Below, in pieces: positions 37,499 to 46,667 of a DNA stretch of 64,000 nt (position 1 is the first letter of the stretch; each line of letters begins with the position of its first letter). A model generated the notes under the pieces. It made no database searches, was not told the origin of the DNA, and worked only from the letters and a program-made list of their open reading frames with translations. Source of the DNA: an uncultured Ignavibacteriota bacterium (lineage in GTDB: Bacteria; Bacteroidota; Ignavibacteria; Ignavibacteriales; Melioribacteraceae); the NCBI GenBank assembly GCA_947085815.1, contig CAMTXU010000024.1, positions 3,506 through 67,505 on the forward strand, read 5' to 3'. Both the position numbers and the translations under genes were made by a program.

Positions 37499-37525
37499 TG
37501 CTCCTACGGAGACTCCTTACGGAGG
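37481..37525 (+). repeat. Repeat module M1 copy (GTCCGAAGG.. / CTCC..GGAG hairpins) overlapping the M48 stop codon
   Basis: ATGTCCGAAGGCACATAGTGCTCCTACGGAGACTCCTTACGGAGG. Compare TATGTCCGAAGGACTCC(A/T)ATGGAGAT at 15302 and 27671. Confidence 0.6.
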
Positions 37526-37586
37526 ATACCCAAAAAGCTAATCTGTAACAACCTGCTTGCTGAGTCTGTTGCGCAACCTTAACATG

Positions 37587-37665
37587 GTCATTTCGAACCC
37601 AATTTATTGGGTGAGAAATCTTTCTTGCTATGTAAATTAAGACTTTTCACTTCGTTCGAGGTGAC
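37587..37665 (+). repeat. Family-B palindromic repeat
   Basis: GTCATTTCGAACCCAATTTATTGGGTGAGAAATC .. GACTTTTCACTTCGTTCGAGGTGAC, flanked by a looser outer inverted repeat (about 37540-37720). Confidence 0.7.
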
Positions 37666-37830
37666 ACCAATGCGTTCTGCAACACGCTCTGCCGGCAAGT
37701 CTGTTTTAACCTGTTTTATCCGTGTCCTATTTTTAAAAAATGTTTTTAGAGATGCCCTTAACAACTTCGCACTTACAAAATTGATTTTATTACTTATATT
37801 TGCAATGAATCAACAACAAACTCATTGTAA

Positions 37831-39108
37831 ATGGTAATGGCAATCAAAAAGCTGCGCTGGATTTATTTCCTAATACTGTTAGTATTAGTCCGGTGTACAT
37901 TTGATAGTGAAATTACAAGTTCTGTTACAGCAGATACTTCAGTTCCATCTGTTGTACAGCCATTAAATAATTCTACCGACCAATCGATTATTCAAACATT
38001 TAAATGGATTGCCGACAACGCCGTTTCTTATGATGTCTATCTGGACAAAGTTAACCCGCCCGCAAAACTTGTTTCTTCCAAAACTAATAAGCAATCTTAC
38101 ATTCACCCGATTCCACTCGAATACAATACGACATATTATTGGCGGGTTGTGGCAAATTCAGCCGATGGATCACAAAAAATTTCTCCCATATGGAATTTTA
38201 CTACATTGGCAAATATTAATCCCGGTTCCTCTGGTTATGCATTGTATTTGAAAAAACAAAGTACACTGCTTCCAAATCTTGTTAACTTTTTGTTTCAAAT
38301 TGTTGATCTGAACAATAATGGAATCTCTACGATTCAGCCTTCGGATTTTGAAATTTTGGAAGACGGTTCTCCCCTTCAATCCGAATCATTTATAGAAATA
38401 AAAAAACAGAATGAACTTCCTTATAAAATTAAAACCATCTTAATGCTGGATAACAGCACTAGTTTAACATCGAGTGAAATAGATAAAATTAGATCTGCGG
38501 CATCTTCATTCATCAAAAAAATTACGACTAATCAGGAAGTGGCGATTTATCAATTTTCCGAAAAAGTTGAAATGCTATCCGATTTTACTAATCAGCAAGA
38601 TTCACTTAATCGCGCTATTGGCAGATATAAATCCGGAGCCAGCACAACCGGTCTTTATGGTGCAGTAGTAAAAGGTGCTTCTCTCTGGAATGATAATTTT
38701 TCTATCAATGATGTTCTTCAAGGAGCGATGATTGTATTTACCGATGGTAATGAAACTTCCAGACCGACAACTCAAGCCTTGGCGGAAGCTCTAAACGCGG
38801 TAAATAATAAATCTGTCTTTACAATTGGTTTGCGCGGAAAAGATCCGCTTGATGAGGAGACATTAACACGAATTGGAAGAACCGGATTCTACGGAATAAA
38901 TGATGTTAGTCAGTTGGATAATCAGCTTACACTAATTCAAAAAGCAATTATCGATTATGCGAATAGTTTTTATCAGCTTACATACAAAAGTCCCCGCCGA
39001 GGAGTAGGAGAATATAATTTAACAATTCGGATAAAGGGAAATCCATATACCGGCGATTTTTCTTATATCACTGGCAAATACAGCTCCACCGGGTTTTACT
39101 CAAATTAA
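37831..39108 (+). CDS. Lipoprotein with N-terminal FN3/Ig-like domain and C-terminal vWA domain
   Basis: Lipobox LVLVRC; beta-rich region with TTYYWRV (FN3-like); MIDAS LMLDNSTSL and VFTDGNETS. Confidence 0.75.
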   Translation: MVMAIKKLRWIYFLILLVLVRCTFDSEITSSVTADTSVPSVVQPLNNSTDQSIIQTFKWIADNAVSYDVYLDKVNPPAKLVSSKTNKQSYIHPIPLEYNTTYYWRVVANSADGSQKISPIWNFTTLANINPGSSGYALYLKKQSTLLPNLVNFLFQIVDLNNNGISTIQPSDFEILEDGSPLQSESFIEIKKQNELPYKIKTILMLDNSTSLTSSEIDKIRSAASSFIKKITTNQEVAIYQFSEKVEMLSDFTNQQDSLNRAIGRYKSGASTTGLYGAVVKGASLWNDNFSINDVLQGAMIVFTDGNETSRPTTQALAEALNAVNNKSVFTIGLRGKDPLDEETLTRIGRTGFYGINDVSQLDNQLTLIQKAIIDYANSFYQLTYKSPRRGVGEYNLTIRIKGNPYTGDFSYITGKYSSTGFYSN

Positions 39109-39122
39109 ATTGAGAAATAAAA

Positions 39123-39416
39123 ATGTCTATTACACGTAAGGATGTTGAATACATAGCTCAATTAGCAAGGCTCAAATTCAAAGATGAAGAACTTGAAAAC
39201 TTTACTCATCAGTTGAATGAGATTCTAAATTATGTTGAAAAGTTGAACGAACTTGACACTGCCAATGTGGAACCGCTTAATCATCCTGTTGAAAATGTAA
39301 ATGTTTTTCGTAACGATGAATTGAGGGTATCAGTTAAAACAGAAGAAGCATTAAAGTACGCACCGGATAGTACGGATGATTTTTTTAAAGTGCCAAAAGT
39401 AATTAACCAAGAATAA
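39123..39416 (+). CDS. gatC: Asp-tRNA(Asn)/Glu-tRNA(Gln) amidotransferase subunit C
   Basis: 97 aa. VEYIAQLARLKF.DEELE.FT.QLN.IL.YVEKLNELDT..VEP is canonical GatC. Confidence 0.9.
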   Translation: MSITRKDVEYIAQLARLKFKDEELENFTHQLNEILNYVEKLNELDTANVEPLNHPVENVNVFRNDELRVSVKTEEALKYAPDSTDDFFKVPKVINQE

Positions 39417-39424
39417 CACACCTA

Positions 39425-40201
39425 ATGATAATTGGAATAATACCCGCACGTTTCGCGTCAACACGACTTATGGGAAAACCGCTTGCAGATATTTGCGGTA
39501 AACCGATGATTCAGCATACATACAACAGCGCAAGAAAATCCAAACTACTGGATAAAGTAGTTATTGCCGTAGATGACGAAAAAGTTTTTCAAGTGGTTAA
39601 AAGTTTTGGTGCAGAAGTTTATATGACGCCAAAAGACTGCGCAAGCGGGTCAGACCGCATTGCACTGGTGACCGAGCAAATTCCTGAGGCGGCGATTATC
39701 GTAAACATCCAAGGCGATGAACCTTTCATCAAAGGTAAGATGATTGATGAAGCTATTGAACCTCTGCTCTTCGATAAAAAAGTAAATCTTTCCACATTAG
39801 CCAGAAGAATTACAAATGTGGAAGAGATGAAATCATCATCTGTAGTTAAGGTGGTTTTCGATTACAAAAATTTTGCTATGTACTTCTCAAGGTCTCCAAT
39901 TCCTTTTGCACGCGAAGCCAAAACTAATCTTGCCCGTATTCAAGTCGCTGAAATTTATAAACATATAGGGTTATACGTATATCGTAGAGAAGTGTTGCAG
40001 AAATTCACAACGTTAAGACCGACCGATCTTGAACAAATCGAAAAATTAGAGCAATTGCGCTTTCTAGAACATGGATACAAAATGAAAATTGTTTTAACCG
40101 AATACGACACGTTTTCTGTGGATACACCAAAAGATTTGGAACTTGCCAGACGTTTTTACGAAAAACATCTTAAGCCTCAGGACAAGAGCACAAAGAAGTA
40201 A
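39425..40201 (+). CDS. kdsB: 3-deoxy-manno-octulosonate cytidylyltransferase (CMP-Kdo synthetase)
   Basis: IGIIPARFASTRLMGKPL, VNIQGDEPF, H.GLY.YRR and LEQLR.LE.G are KdsB signatures. Confidence 0.92.
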   Translation: MIIGIIPARFASTRLMGKPLADICGKPMIQHTYNSARKSKLLDKVVIAVDDEKVFQVVKSFGAEVYMTPKDCASGSDRIALVTEQIPEAAIIVNIQGDEPFIKGKMIDEAIEPLLFDKKVNLSTLARRITNVEEMKSSSVVKVVFDYKNFAMYFSRSPIPFAREAKTNLARIQVAEIYKHIGLYVYRREVLQKFTTLRPTDLEQIEKLEQLRFLEHGYKMKIVLTEYDTFSVDTPKDLELARRFYEKHLKPQDKSTKK

Positions 40202-40208
40202 TTTGGTT

Positions 40209-40303
40209 TAAGGGTGGTTCTAAAAACTTCAATATTCTCTGCGGACTTTGCGTATTCTTTACGTTGAATTTTTACAAAAGATATTTTTTAGAACCAGCCT
40301 TAA
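40209..40303 (+). repeat. Family-C palindromic repeat (outer arms TAAGGGTGGTTCTAAAAA / TTTTTAGAACCAGCCTTA)
   Basis: Contains AAAACTTCAATATTCTCTGCGGACTTTGCGT, whose reverse complement occurs at 8948-8978. Confidence 0.8.
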
Positions 40304-40378
40304 TTGTCTTTTCACTTAATCAATGCTATTTTTGAATAGAGAATTAATCACTCTCAGGAAATTCTAAGGAGATATTAA

Positions 40379-40786
40379 ATGGAACGTAAGATAAGAGTAT
40401 TAGTGGCTAAAGCAGGATTAGACGGACATGATAGAGGTGCAAAGGTAGTTGCTGCTGCTCTCCGAGATGCCGGTATGGAAGTGATTTACACCGGACTTCG
40501 TCAAACACCGGAGATGATTGTTGAAGCAGCAATTCAAGAAGATGTTAATGCCATAGGAATTAGTATCCTTTCAGGTGCTCATATGACTCTTTTTCCAAGA
40601 ATATTGAATTTGATGAAAGAAAAAGATGTAGATGATATTCTTCTCTTTGGCGGAGGGATTATTCCCAATGAAGATTTGAAGAAATTAAAAGAACTTGGAG
40701 TTGGCGAGTTGTTTACTCCCGGTACTTCAACACAGGATATTATAAAATTTTTGCAAGATTGGGTAGAAAAACATCCGCGTAATTAG
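40379..40786 (+). CDS. Methylmalonyl-CoA mutase-type cobalamin-binding small subunit (stand-alone B12-binding domain)
   Basis: [41 protein letters not shown] (DxHxxG B12 motif) and GGGIIP are typical of the mutase C-terminal domain. Confidence 0.88.
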   Translation: MERKIRVLVAKAGLDGHDRGAKVVAAALRDAGMEVIYTGLRQTPEMIVEAAIQEDVNAIGISILSGAHMTLFPRILNLMKEKDVDDILLFGGGIIPNEDLKKLKELGVGELFTPGTSTQDIIKFLQDWVEKHPRN

Positions 40787-40811
40787 AAAAGGGGTCCAAT
40801 TTTTTGATTAT

Positions 40812-40840
40812 TGCCTCCTGATTTGGGAGGCATTTTTGTT
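40812..40840 (+). terminator. Rho-independent terminator after the B12-binding subunit gene
   Basis: TGCCTCC-TGATTTG-GGAGGCA followed by TTTTTGTTT. Confidence 0.75.
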
Positions 40841-40918
40841 TCGACTATTCTGTTTCCTGCATTTTATAAATAGTATTCTTTATTTATTTTTAAGCAGTGA
40901 TTAATTAGAAAGAATTAT

Positions 40919-42022
40919 ATGGCAAAAAAATCTAAAAACAGAATCATCTTCTTAGACCTAATGCGTACGTTCGCAGTTCTTCTGATGGTGCAAGGACACA
41001 CAATAGATACTTTTCTGGGGGACCAATATAGATCGTTCGATTCTTCCATCTTCAGCATCTGGTATACTGTACGGGGTTTTACCGCTCCCATTTTTATGTT
41101 TACCTCAGGTGTTGTATTCACATATTTATTGAGATTAAATCATCAACCATTTTCTCAGAATCCGCGTGTAATTAAAGGGTTTTACCGTTTTCTGATTCTT
41201 GTTCTTATTGGCTACTTACTGCGGTATCCAACGGGACGCATATTTGATTTTAGCGAAGTTACTCATTCTCAATGGATGACATTCTTTACTGTTGATGCAT
41301 TGCAATTGATCGGATTTGGTTTACTGTTCATCCTTTTTCTTTCTTACATTGCCGAGAAATTAAAGTTGAGTGATTATATAGTTTTTTCTTTCGGTGTATC
41401 ATTTTTTTTTATTTTGTTTCTTCTAATAGATCAGATTAATTGGGCTAATTTTTTGCCAATTCCTTTTGCTGCCTATTTGTATCATGGTACCGGTTCATAT
41501 TTTCCTCTCTTTCCATGGTCAGGTTATGTCATTAGCGGAGGGATATTAGGTGTATATCTTGCAAGAAATCCACTCTCGTTTACCTCGAAAAGTTTCAGCC
41601 TAAAATTATTTGGAATTAGCTTGATCTCCTTCGTCGTCTGTTTTCTTATTCATCAATTTGAAAACTATTTTTATGGAGAGAAAACATTCTGGACCGACAA
41701 CTCAGCTCTTATTTTCTACCGACTCGGAATGATTCTAATGTTAAACAGTATTATGTCTTATATTGCCTTAAGACTAAAAACAATACCGGTTATTGTTTGG
41801 CAAGTGGGAAAAAGTACCCTGCTCATTTATGTTGTTCATGTCATTATCTTATATGGCAGCATTTGGATTCCCGGTTTTGCAATGTTCTATCCAAAAACTT
41901 TGAATATCCCGCTCTCTATTCTTGCAGCTATTCTTCTTATTGTTCTTATGTTTGGAATGGTTTCTTTTGTAAATTATGTAAAAAGTAATCGCCGTAAAAA
42001 AGTTGTTGCCGTAGAAATTTAA
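40919..42022 (+). CDS. Polytopic membrane protein, acyltransferase-3 / DUF1624 (heparan-alpha-glucosaminide N-acetyltransferase-like)
   Basis: RIIFLDLMRTFAVLLMVQGHTID N-terminus and about 10 predicted TM segments. The family assignment is from memory of this N-terminal motif. Confidence 0.6.
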   Translation: MAKKSKNRIIFLDLMRTFAVLLMVQGHTIDTFLGDQYRSFDSSIFSIWYTVRGFTAPIFMFTSGVVFTYLLRLNHQPFSQNPRVIKGFYRFLILVLIGYLLRYPTGRIFDFSEVTHSQWMTFFTVDALQLIGFGLLFILFLSYIAEKLKLSDYIVFSFGVSFFFILFLLIDQINWANFLPIPFAAYLYHGTGSYFPLFPWSGYVISGGILGVYLARNPLSFTSKSFSLKLFGISLISFVVCFLIHQFENYFYGEKTFWTDNSALIFYRLGMILMLNSIMSYIALRLKTIPVIVWQVGKSTLLIYVVHVIILYGSIWIPGFAMFYPKTLNIPLSILAAILLIVLMFGMVSFVNYVKSNRRKKVVAVEI

Positions 42023-42039
42023 TCAAGACGGAGTGATGG

Positions 42040-43071
42040 GTGAAGAGAAAAACAGAGAACCTAAATCCTGTTAAAAATGAGGATGAAATAAAAATAGAAC
42101 GCTCGCTCCGTCCGCAAAAGTTTGATGAGTTCACCGGTCAATCAAAGATTACTGACAATCTAAAAGTTTTTATTGGTGCCGCAAAAATTAGAAATGAAGC
42201 TCTGGATCATGTTCTACTAACCGGGCCTCCGGGACTTGGAAAAACTACACTTGCACACATCATAGCAAACGAACTAGGGGTCAAAATAAAAATTTCATCG
42301 GGTCCTGTTTTAGAAAAGCCGGGAGATTTAGCAGGCATACTAACAAACCTCGAAGAAAAATCGGTTCTCTTCATTGATGAAATCCACCGCTTGAGTCCTG
42401 TTGTAGAAGAATATCTTTACTCGGCTATGGAAGATTATAAGTTGGATATAATGATTGACAGCGGTCCTAACGCCCGCACGGTTCAAATCAAGCTTCCTCA
42501 CTATACATTAATTGGCGCCACTACGCGCGCCGGATTATTAACAGCACCATTACGCGACAGATTTGGAATTAAATCGCGACTTGATTATTATGAAAGTGAC
42601 CTGATAAAAAAAATCGTTCACCGTTCTGCGGATCTTCTCAAAATCAAAATTGATGAGGATGCTGCTTATGAATTAGCCAAGCGGTCGCGCGGTACTCCGA
42701 GAATAGCTAATAGATTATTGCGCCGTACACGTGATTTTGCGGATTACGAAGAGAAAAAAATAATTGATTTGGCGACGGCAAAAAAAGCTCTCGGTTCACT
42801 TGAGGTTGACGAGTACGGACTTGATGAAATGGATAAAGAGATAATTCTTACAATCATAGAAAAATTCAACGGAGGTCCCGTTGGTTTGGGCACTGTCTCC
42901 GTTGCTGTTAATGAAGATCCCGGTACTATAGAGGAAGTTTATGAACCGTTTTTAATACAGCAAGGATTTATTCAGCGAACTCCGCGCGGTAGAGAAGCCA
43001 CCGACCTTGCATATATTCGTTTCAATAAAAAACGCGGAATCCAGAAAACACAAGAAAATCTTTTTGAATAA
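42040..43071 (+). CDS. ruvB: Holliday junction branch-migration helicase RuvB
   Basis: [69 protein letters not shown] start with GACGGAG upstream. Confidence 0.95.
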   Translation: MKRKTENLNPVKNEDEIKIERSLRPQKFDEFTGQSKITDNLKVFIGAAKIRNEALDHVLLTGPPGLGKTTLAHIIANELGVKIKISSGPVLEKPGDLAGILTNLEEKSVLFIDEIHRLSPVVEEYLYSAMEDYKLDIMIDSGPNARTVQIKLPHYTLIGATTRAGLLTAPLRDRFGIKSRLDYYESDLIKKIVHRSADLLKIKIDEDAAYELAKRSRGTPRIANRLLRRTRDFADYEEKKIIDLATAKKALGSLEVDEYGLDEMDKEIILTIIEKFNGGPVGLGTVSVAVNEDPGTIEEVYEPFLIQQGFIQRTPRGREATDLAYIRFNKKRGIQKTQENLFE

Positions 43072-43085
43072 AAACTGGTGCTAAA

Positions 43086-43901
43086 ATGGTTAAGGTATGT
43101 AAAATTATTATTGGCGGAAATTCGCCGTTCGTATTAATTGCAGGACCGTGCGTTATCGAAAATGAAAAAGTTACTATGCACACGGCTGAAGAGATTAAAA
43201 AAATTACGTGTGATTTGAATATTCCTTTCATTTTCAAAGCGAGTTACAAAAAAGCAAACCGTACAAATATTAATTCTTTCAGCGGAATTCATTTTGAGAA
43301 AGCTCTTAAGATTCTGCAAAAAGTTAAGAAAGAGTTTTCTGTCCCCATTCTTACAGACATTCATAATGAACAGGAAATTCAGGCGGTTTCTCAAGTTGCC
43401 GATGTATTGCAAATTCCTGCATTTCTCTGCAGACAAACCGATCTATTGATTGCCGCCGCAAGAACCGGAAAAGTAATAAATGTTAAGAAGGGTCAATTTT
43501 TAGCGCCTCAAGATATGAAGCATGTGATAGAGAAAATTGAATCGGTGAAAAATAAAAAAATATTATTGACCGAGCGGGGTACAACATTTGGCTACCACAA
43601 TCTTGTGGTTGATATGCGTTCTCTCGAAATTATGAAGGAACTTGGATACCCGGTTATTATGGATGCTACACATGCTGTTCAACTGCCCGGCAGCACAAAT
43701 GTATCGGGTGGTGAATCGCGGTTCATACCAACTTTAGCGCGCGCCGCCGCCGCTGTTGGAATTGACGGATTGTTCCTGGAAGTGCACCCCGACCCAGCTA
43801 AAGCATTAAGCGATGCGGGCAGTCAATTGCCCCTTAATTCACTTAGAAAACTTTTGATAATGATAAAACAGATAGACGAACTGGTTAAAAATGAAAAGTG
43901 A
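43086..43901 (+). CDS. kdsA: 2-dehydro-3-deoxyphosphooctonate aldolase (Kdo-8-P synthase)
   Basis: LIAGPCVIE, FKASYKKANRT, QIPAFLCRQTDL, NVKKGQF, DATHAVQLPG, and G.FLEVHPDP. Confidence 0.95.
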   Translation: MVKVCKIIIGGNSPFVLIAGPCVIENEKVTMHTAEEIKKITCDLNIPFIFKASYKKANRTNINSFSGIHFEKALKILQKVKKEFSVPILTDIHNEQEIQAVSQVADVLQIPAFLCRQTDLLIAAARTGKVINVKKGQFLAPQDMKHVIEKIESVKNKKILLTERGTTFGYHNLVVDMRSLEIMKELGYPVIMDATHAVQLPGSTNVSGGESRFIPTLARAAAAVGIDGLFLEVHPDPAKALSDAGSQLPLNSLRKLLIMIKQIDELVKNEK

Positions 43902-44388
43902 AGCACTGTCAAAAATTCATGAGATTAAATTATTTCTTTTCGATCTTGAGGGTGTTCTGTTAGATGGCGGTACCTCATTTGAAAAATGCTTCGATTCAAT
44001 TTCTAAAATGTGCAGAGATTTTAATAGTCTGGGTTTGAAATTCGGAATAGTTACGGCAAGAGGGGATGATGAGTTAATCCGTAAGTTAATATCTATTGAG
44101 AATTGTATAGTGCTTTCGGGTTCACTGGCAAAAGTAGATTTGACAAATAAATATTTACGCGAGCATTCAATCGATTATCAAAATGTATTTTATATGGGAG
44201 ATGATCTGTTGGATATTCCTCTTCTTCAAAGGTGTGGATTATCTGCCGCCCCTAAAAGCGCGAGAAGGGAAGTAAAACGAGCGGCAATGTTTACTATAGC
44301 TGCCGAAAATTGCGAAGAGATCTTAAATGAAATATTTAATCATCTAAAAAAGGTTAAGGAGCCAGCAAGCCGTGCAACAAAGCATTAA
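43891..44388 (+). CDS. kdsC: Kdo-8-phosphate phosphatase (HAD-IIIA family)
   Basis: HAD motif I FLFDLEGVL, motif III/IV YMGDDLLDIP, about 165 aa, located between kdsA and kdsD. Confidence 0.8.
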   Translation: MKSEALSKIHEIKLFLFDLEGVLLDGGTSFEKCFDSISKMCRDFNSLGLKFGIVTARGDDELIRKLISIENCIVLSGSLAKVDLTNKYLREHSIDYQNVFYMGDDLLDIPLLQRCGLSAAPKSARREVKRAAMFTIAAENCEEILNEIFNHLKKVKEPASRATKH

Positions 44389-45142
44389 CGAAAAATTTCC
44401 GCGTCAGCTAAGCTCGAAAGAAAAACAGTGGCTTTTTGCAGCACTTCCTGAAAATAAATTGGGTTATAAACAATACCGGGATATAATAGAAAACCTGCTT
44501 GTTATCGGTTATGGACGATTCGGCGAAGGTAATTTCATACTCGGTGAAGAAGGTGACATAATAGATTTTGAAAATTCCTCATCACCAATATTAGCCGTAG
44601 CTAATATAACTTTTGACGTTGGTAAAGTTTACGTTACAATTCACGAAGAACTTGATGGACAGATAGAAGTAGATATAAAAGGAACTGCCGTAGAGCATAT
44701 TCCGGATGATTTAGAACAGGCAAAAGTTTGGACATACTCCAACTGGATACCGGGAGAAAAGGCTCCGTTCGATAAATCGGCGGTTCGCGAAATACATCTT
44801 GTCAAAAACGAAATTGTTTTAGTCATTGCGCCAATTCATAAAAAAGTCTGGGTTTATAACTCCAAGAGTGGAATAAATCACTTCATTCCGGTGACTAATT
44901 ATTATAATGAGATGATGATTTTATTGAACAACAAAAATTCTGATACAGCATTAAACCCCGGAAGATTATTTTCGAATCTGAGTGAATTTACCGACCAGCA
45001 ACTGGCACAAGGATTTTTAGTTTACAACAAATATTCGAATCGTATAGAATTAGATTATCACCAGTTCGATAGCAAGATAAACCGGAAGAAAGAATCATTT
45101 TTTAGTTTTTTCTTTAATAAAGAGAGATCTTCAAAAAATTAG
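44372..45142 (+). CDS. Hypothetical protein embedded in the Kdo/Lpt operon
   Basis: 256-aa ORF with a GTG start preceded by AAGGAG 10 nt upstream. It overlaps kdsC by 17 nt and ends 8 nt before kdsD. No motif recognised, no TM or signal peptide seen. Confidence 0.6.
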   Translation: MQQSINEKFPRQLSSKEKQWLFAALPENKLGYKQYRDIIENLLVIGYGRFGEGNFILGEEGDIIDFENSSSPILAVANITFDVGKVYVTIHEELDGQIEVDIKGTAVEHIPDDLEQAKVWTYSNWIPGEKAPFDKSAVREIHLVKNEIVLVIAPIHKKVWVYNSKSGINHFIPVTNYYNEMMILLNNKNSDTALNPGRLFSNLSEFTDQQLAQGFLVYNKYSNRIELDYHQFDSKINRKKESFFSFFFNKERSSKN

Positions 45143-45150
45143 AGGTTTTA

Positions 45151-46128
45151 GTGACCGAAGAACAAATAATCTCCAAAGGGAGAGAAGTAATTAAAATTGA
45201 AGGAGAGGCTGTTATTGATTTAGCGGAAAGTCTGGATGAAAATTTTTCACATGCGGTTCAGCTTATCTTCAATTCGAAAGGACGTGTGGTATTTACCGGC
45301 ATGGGTAAATCCGGAATTATTGCGCGAAAAATCGTAGCAACAATGAATTCAACGGGAACAGCCGCAATTTATATGCATCCTACAGACGCTCTTCACGGCG
45401 ACCTTGGTATGGTACGTAAAGATGACACGGTAATTTTAATTTCTAAAAGCGGAAATACGGAAGAATTGCATCAACTTATTCCGATGTTAAAACGTATTGG
45501 TGTAACAATCATAGGCATGCTCGGCGAGGTTAAATCTAAGATTGCAAGTGACTGCGATATTATATTAAATGTAAGTGTAAAAGAAGAAGCTTGCCCGCAT
45601 GATCTGGCACCGACCGCATCAACAACAGTGTCGCTAGTAATGGGCGATGCACTTGCAATTGCGCTCTTAGAACTTCGCGGTTTTACAATTGAGGATTTTG
45701 CTTTGCTCCACCCCGGCGGAAGTTTAGGCAAACGCCTATCACTCAAAATTTCCGAGATAATGATAAAGGGGCGAGATATCCCAATCGTAAATGAAAAAAC
45801 GTCAATCAAAGATACTATTTTAGAAATTACATCGAAGCGGCTGGGAACAACTTGTGTAGTTGACGATTCAGGAATTCTAACCGGCGTTATTACAGACGGC
45901 GATTTGAGAAGACTTTTGGAGAAGACGCTTGAGATTAAAAATTTAAACGCATTAGAGATAATGACAAAAAGACCAAAAACAATCAGCAAAGATTTTTTAG
46001 CATCCTTCGCAATTCAACAGATGGAAAAATTCAATATCACTTCTCTTATTGTGGCAGATATAAATAAAAAACCGGAAGGAATTATCCACCTTCACGATCT
46101 TGTAAAGCTTGGTTTGCAATCAAGATGA
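45151..46128 (+). CDS. kdsD: Arabinose-5-phosphate isomerase (SIS + tandem CBS), KdsD/KpsF family
   Basis: GRVVFTGMGKSG, ISKSGNTEEL, HPGGSLGKRL, and a C-terminal CBS pair (GVITDGDLRR; GIIHLHDL). Confidence 0.92.
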   Translation: MTEEQIISKGREVIKIEGEAVIDLAESLDENFSHAVQLIFNSKGRVVFTGMGKSGIIARKIVATMNSTGTAAIYMHPTDALHGDLGMVRKDDTVILISKSGNTEELHQLIPMLKRIGVTIIGMLGEVKSKIASDCDIILNVSVKEEACPHDLAPTASTTVSLVMGDALAIALLELRGFTIEDFALLHPGGSLGKRLSLKISEIMIKGRDIPIVNEKTSIKDTILEITSKRLGTTCVVDDSGILTGVITDGDLRRLLEKTLEIKNLNALEIMTKRPKTISKDFLASFAIQQMEKFNITSLIVADINKKPEGIIHLHDLVKLGLQSR

Positions 46129-46667
46129 AAAGAAATTTTATATTCTTCATCGTTCTAATTTCCTTTATCTCCTGTTCCGAAGAAAAAATACAACCTCAAA
46201 TTGAGAGGTCGAATATTGAAGGGGAAATCCCTTCAAATGAAAGTTGGAACTCTAAGATTATTTTTACAGATGAAGGAAGAGTAAAAGCAATTTTATATTC
46301 CGATCACTTAAAAATGTTCGAAGTACAGAAGATAACACTTCTGGGAAAAATGAAAATCAATTTTTACAATAATGAGCAGAAGAGCACATCATGGCTTACA
46401 TCATTGCGGGGAAGGGTAAACGATGTAACTAAAGATATGTATGCTATTGACAGCGTTGTGGCGCAAAACGACAGCGGAACAGTACTAAAAACAAGCCAGT
46501 TAATGTGGCGCAACAGCGATCAAAAAATTGTTACCGATAAGTTTGTAACCATCACTTCGCCAAAAGAGATAATTCAGGGGTTTGGCTTGGAGTCGGATCA
46601 GCATTTGGAAAACTATAAGATCTTCAATGTAACTTACTCGAAGAATCGAACGGGCGCTTCTAAATGA
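46125..46667 (+). CDS. lptC: LptC-like LPS export protein (membrane/lipid anchored)
   Basis: 180 aa with N-terminal anchor FIVLISFISC and a beta-jellyroll-like sequence. Its position immediately upstream of lptA-lptB matches lptC. Sequence evidence alone is weak. Confidence 0.6.
   Translation: MKRNFIFFIVLISFISCSEEKIQPQIERSNIEGEIPSNESWNSKIIFTDEGRVKAILYSDHLKMFEVQKITLLGKMKINFYNNEQKSTSWLTSLRGRVNDVTKDMYAIDSVVAQNDSGTVLKTSQLMWRNSDQKIVTDKFVTITSPKEIIQGFGLESDQHLENYKIFNVTYSKNRTGASK

Noticed and set aside
45471-45989. Long antisense ORFs inside well-supported genes. They are 45471-45989 (172 aa, in kdsD), 34282-34752 (156 aa, in batD), 5763-6152 (129 aa, in ribBA), 61844-62287 (147 aa, in the acylase gene), 33171-33542 (123 aa, in batC) and 16213-16569 (118 aa, in the nuclease gene).
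   Set aside because: Each lies fully within, and opposite to, a gene with strong family motifs. Their translations are low-complexity or S/R/F/I-rich with no recognisable motifs. These are typical shadow ORFs.
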